Assembly (NCBI RefSeq): GCF_009914755.1
Contig: NC_060930.1
Reading direction: 5' to 3' (one strand)
Length of the DNA stretch: 64,000 bases
Origin: the human T2T-CHM13v2.0 reference genome, Homo sapiens
The notes below the pieces were generated by a model. It was not told the origin of the DNA and made no database searches. It saw only the letters and a program-made list of their open reading frames with translations. The position numbers and the translations under genes are program-made. Numbering within the stretch: the stretch's first letter is position 1; every line of letters begins with the position of its first letter. Of this stretch, positions 63,500 to 64,000 are shown piece by piece.

Positions 63500-63945
63500 G
63501 ATTTTCATTCCCATCACTCCACTGAAATGTTTCCTGACAAGGCTGCTATCAATTAATCCTGTGCCAACCCAATGGTCAGGTCTGTCCTGGTCTTACTCTT
63601 CTCAGCGTCATTTGATGTGGTTGACTTCTGTCTTTTAATGCTTTCTATACTTTGCTTTCACAATGCAGTACCCTTCAGGTTTCCCTTCTGTCCTTTGACA
63701 GCTCCTTCTCATTTCGTTGTTGACTCTACGCCTTTGTCTTGACCTCCAAAGGTGAAGGGCCCCATTCTTCAGTCTTTGTCTCTCTTCTCTTCTCTCCTCT
63801 CTCCATAGGAAATCTCACCCAGTCCCATGGTTTTCAATACCCATCTGTATGCTAATAACTCTCAAAGTTTATCTCCAGTCCTGATTTCTCTCCTGAGTTC
63901 CAGACTCATAAATCCTATTGCCTCTTCAATATCTCATGTGGACAT
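63500..63945 (+). mobile_element. L2 fragment
   Basis: ccatcactccactgaaa…cagtcccatggttttcaatacc…tctcctgagttccagactcata. Confidence 0.8.
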
Positions 63946-64000
63946 ACACTAATATTATGATTATGGGTAATAGTAATAATATTAACAGTAGCAGCAACAA

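Overview
Catarrhine primate (most likely human) genomic DNA. It is CpG-depleted and roughly half is recognisable interspersed repeat: about 45-50 Alu copies, monomers and fragments, old L1M/L2/MIR, MaLR LTRs, hAT MITEs, and one clean HERV-W LTR17 solo LTR with a 4-bp TSD. I recognise no protein-coding exon, RNA gene or CpG island. The listed ORFs are Alu/L1/LTR-derived or chance ORFs. Several consensus splice-donor/acceptor pairs lie on the minus strand (9763-9852, 10679-10849, 24362-24851, 24999-25161; weaker ones at 43322-43368, 46883-46951, 51043-51094). This suggests introns and 5'-UTR or alternative exons of a large minus-strand gene that I cannot name. I find no convincing new multi-gene system. 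The best leads are RNA-level features around the 9.7-11.6 kb exon pair: a hairpin-embedded 5' splice site, a strong-Kozak uORF, a possible spliced 96-aa ORF and flanking inverted Alus. Several small mutational and retrotransposition fossils are also noted. Repeat subfamily calls are from memory of consensus sequences, and their boundaries are approximate unless a TSD is quoted.
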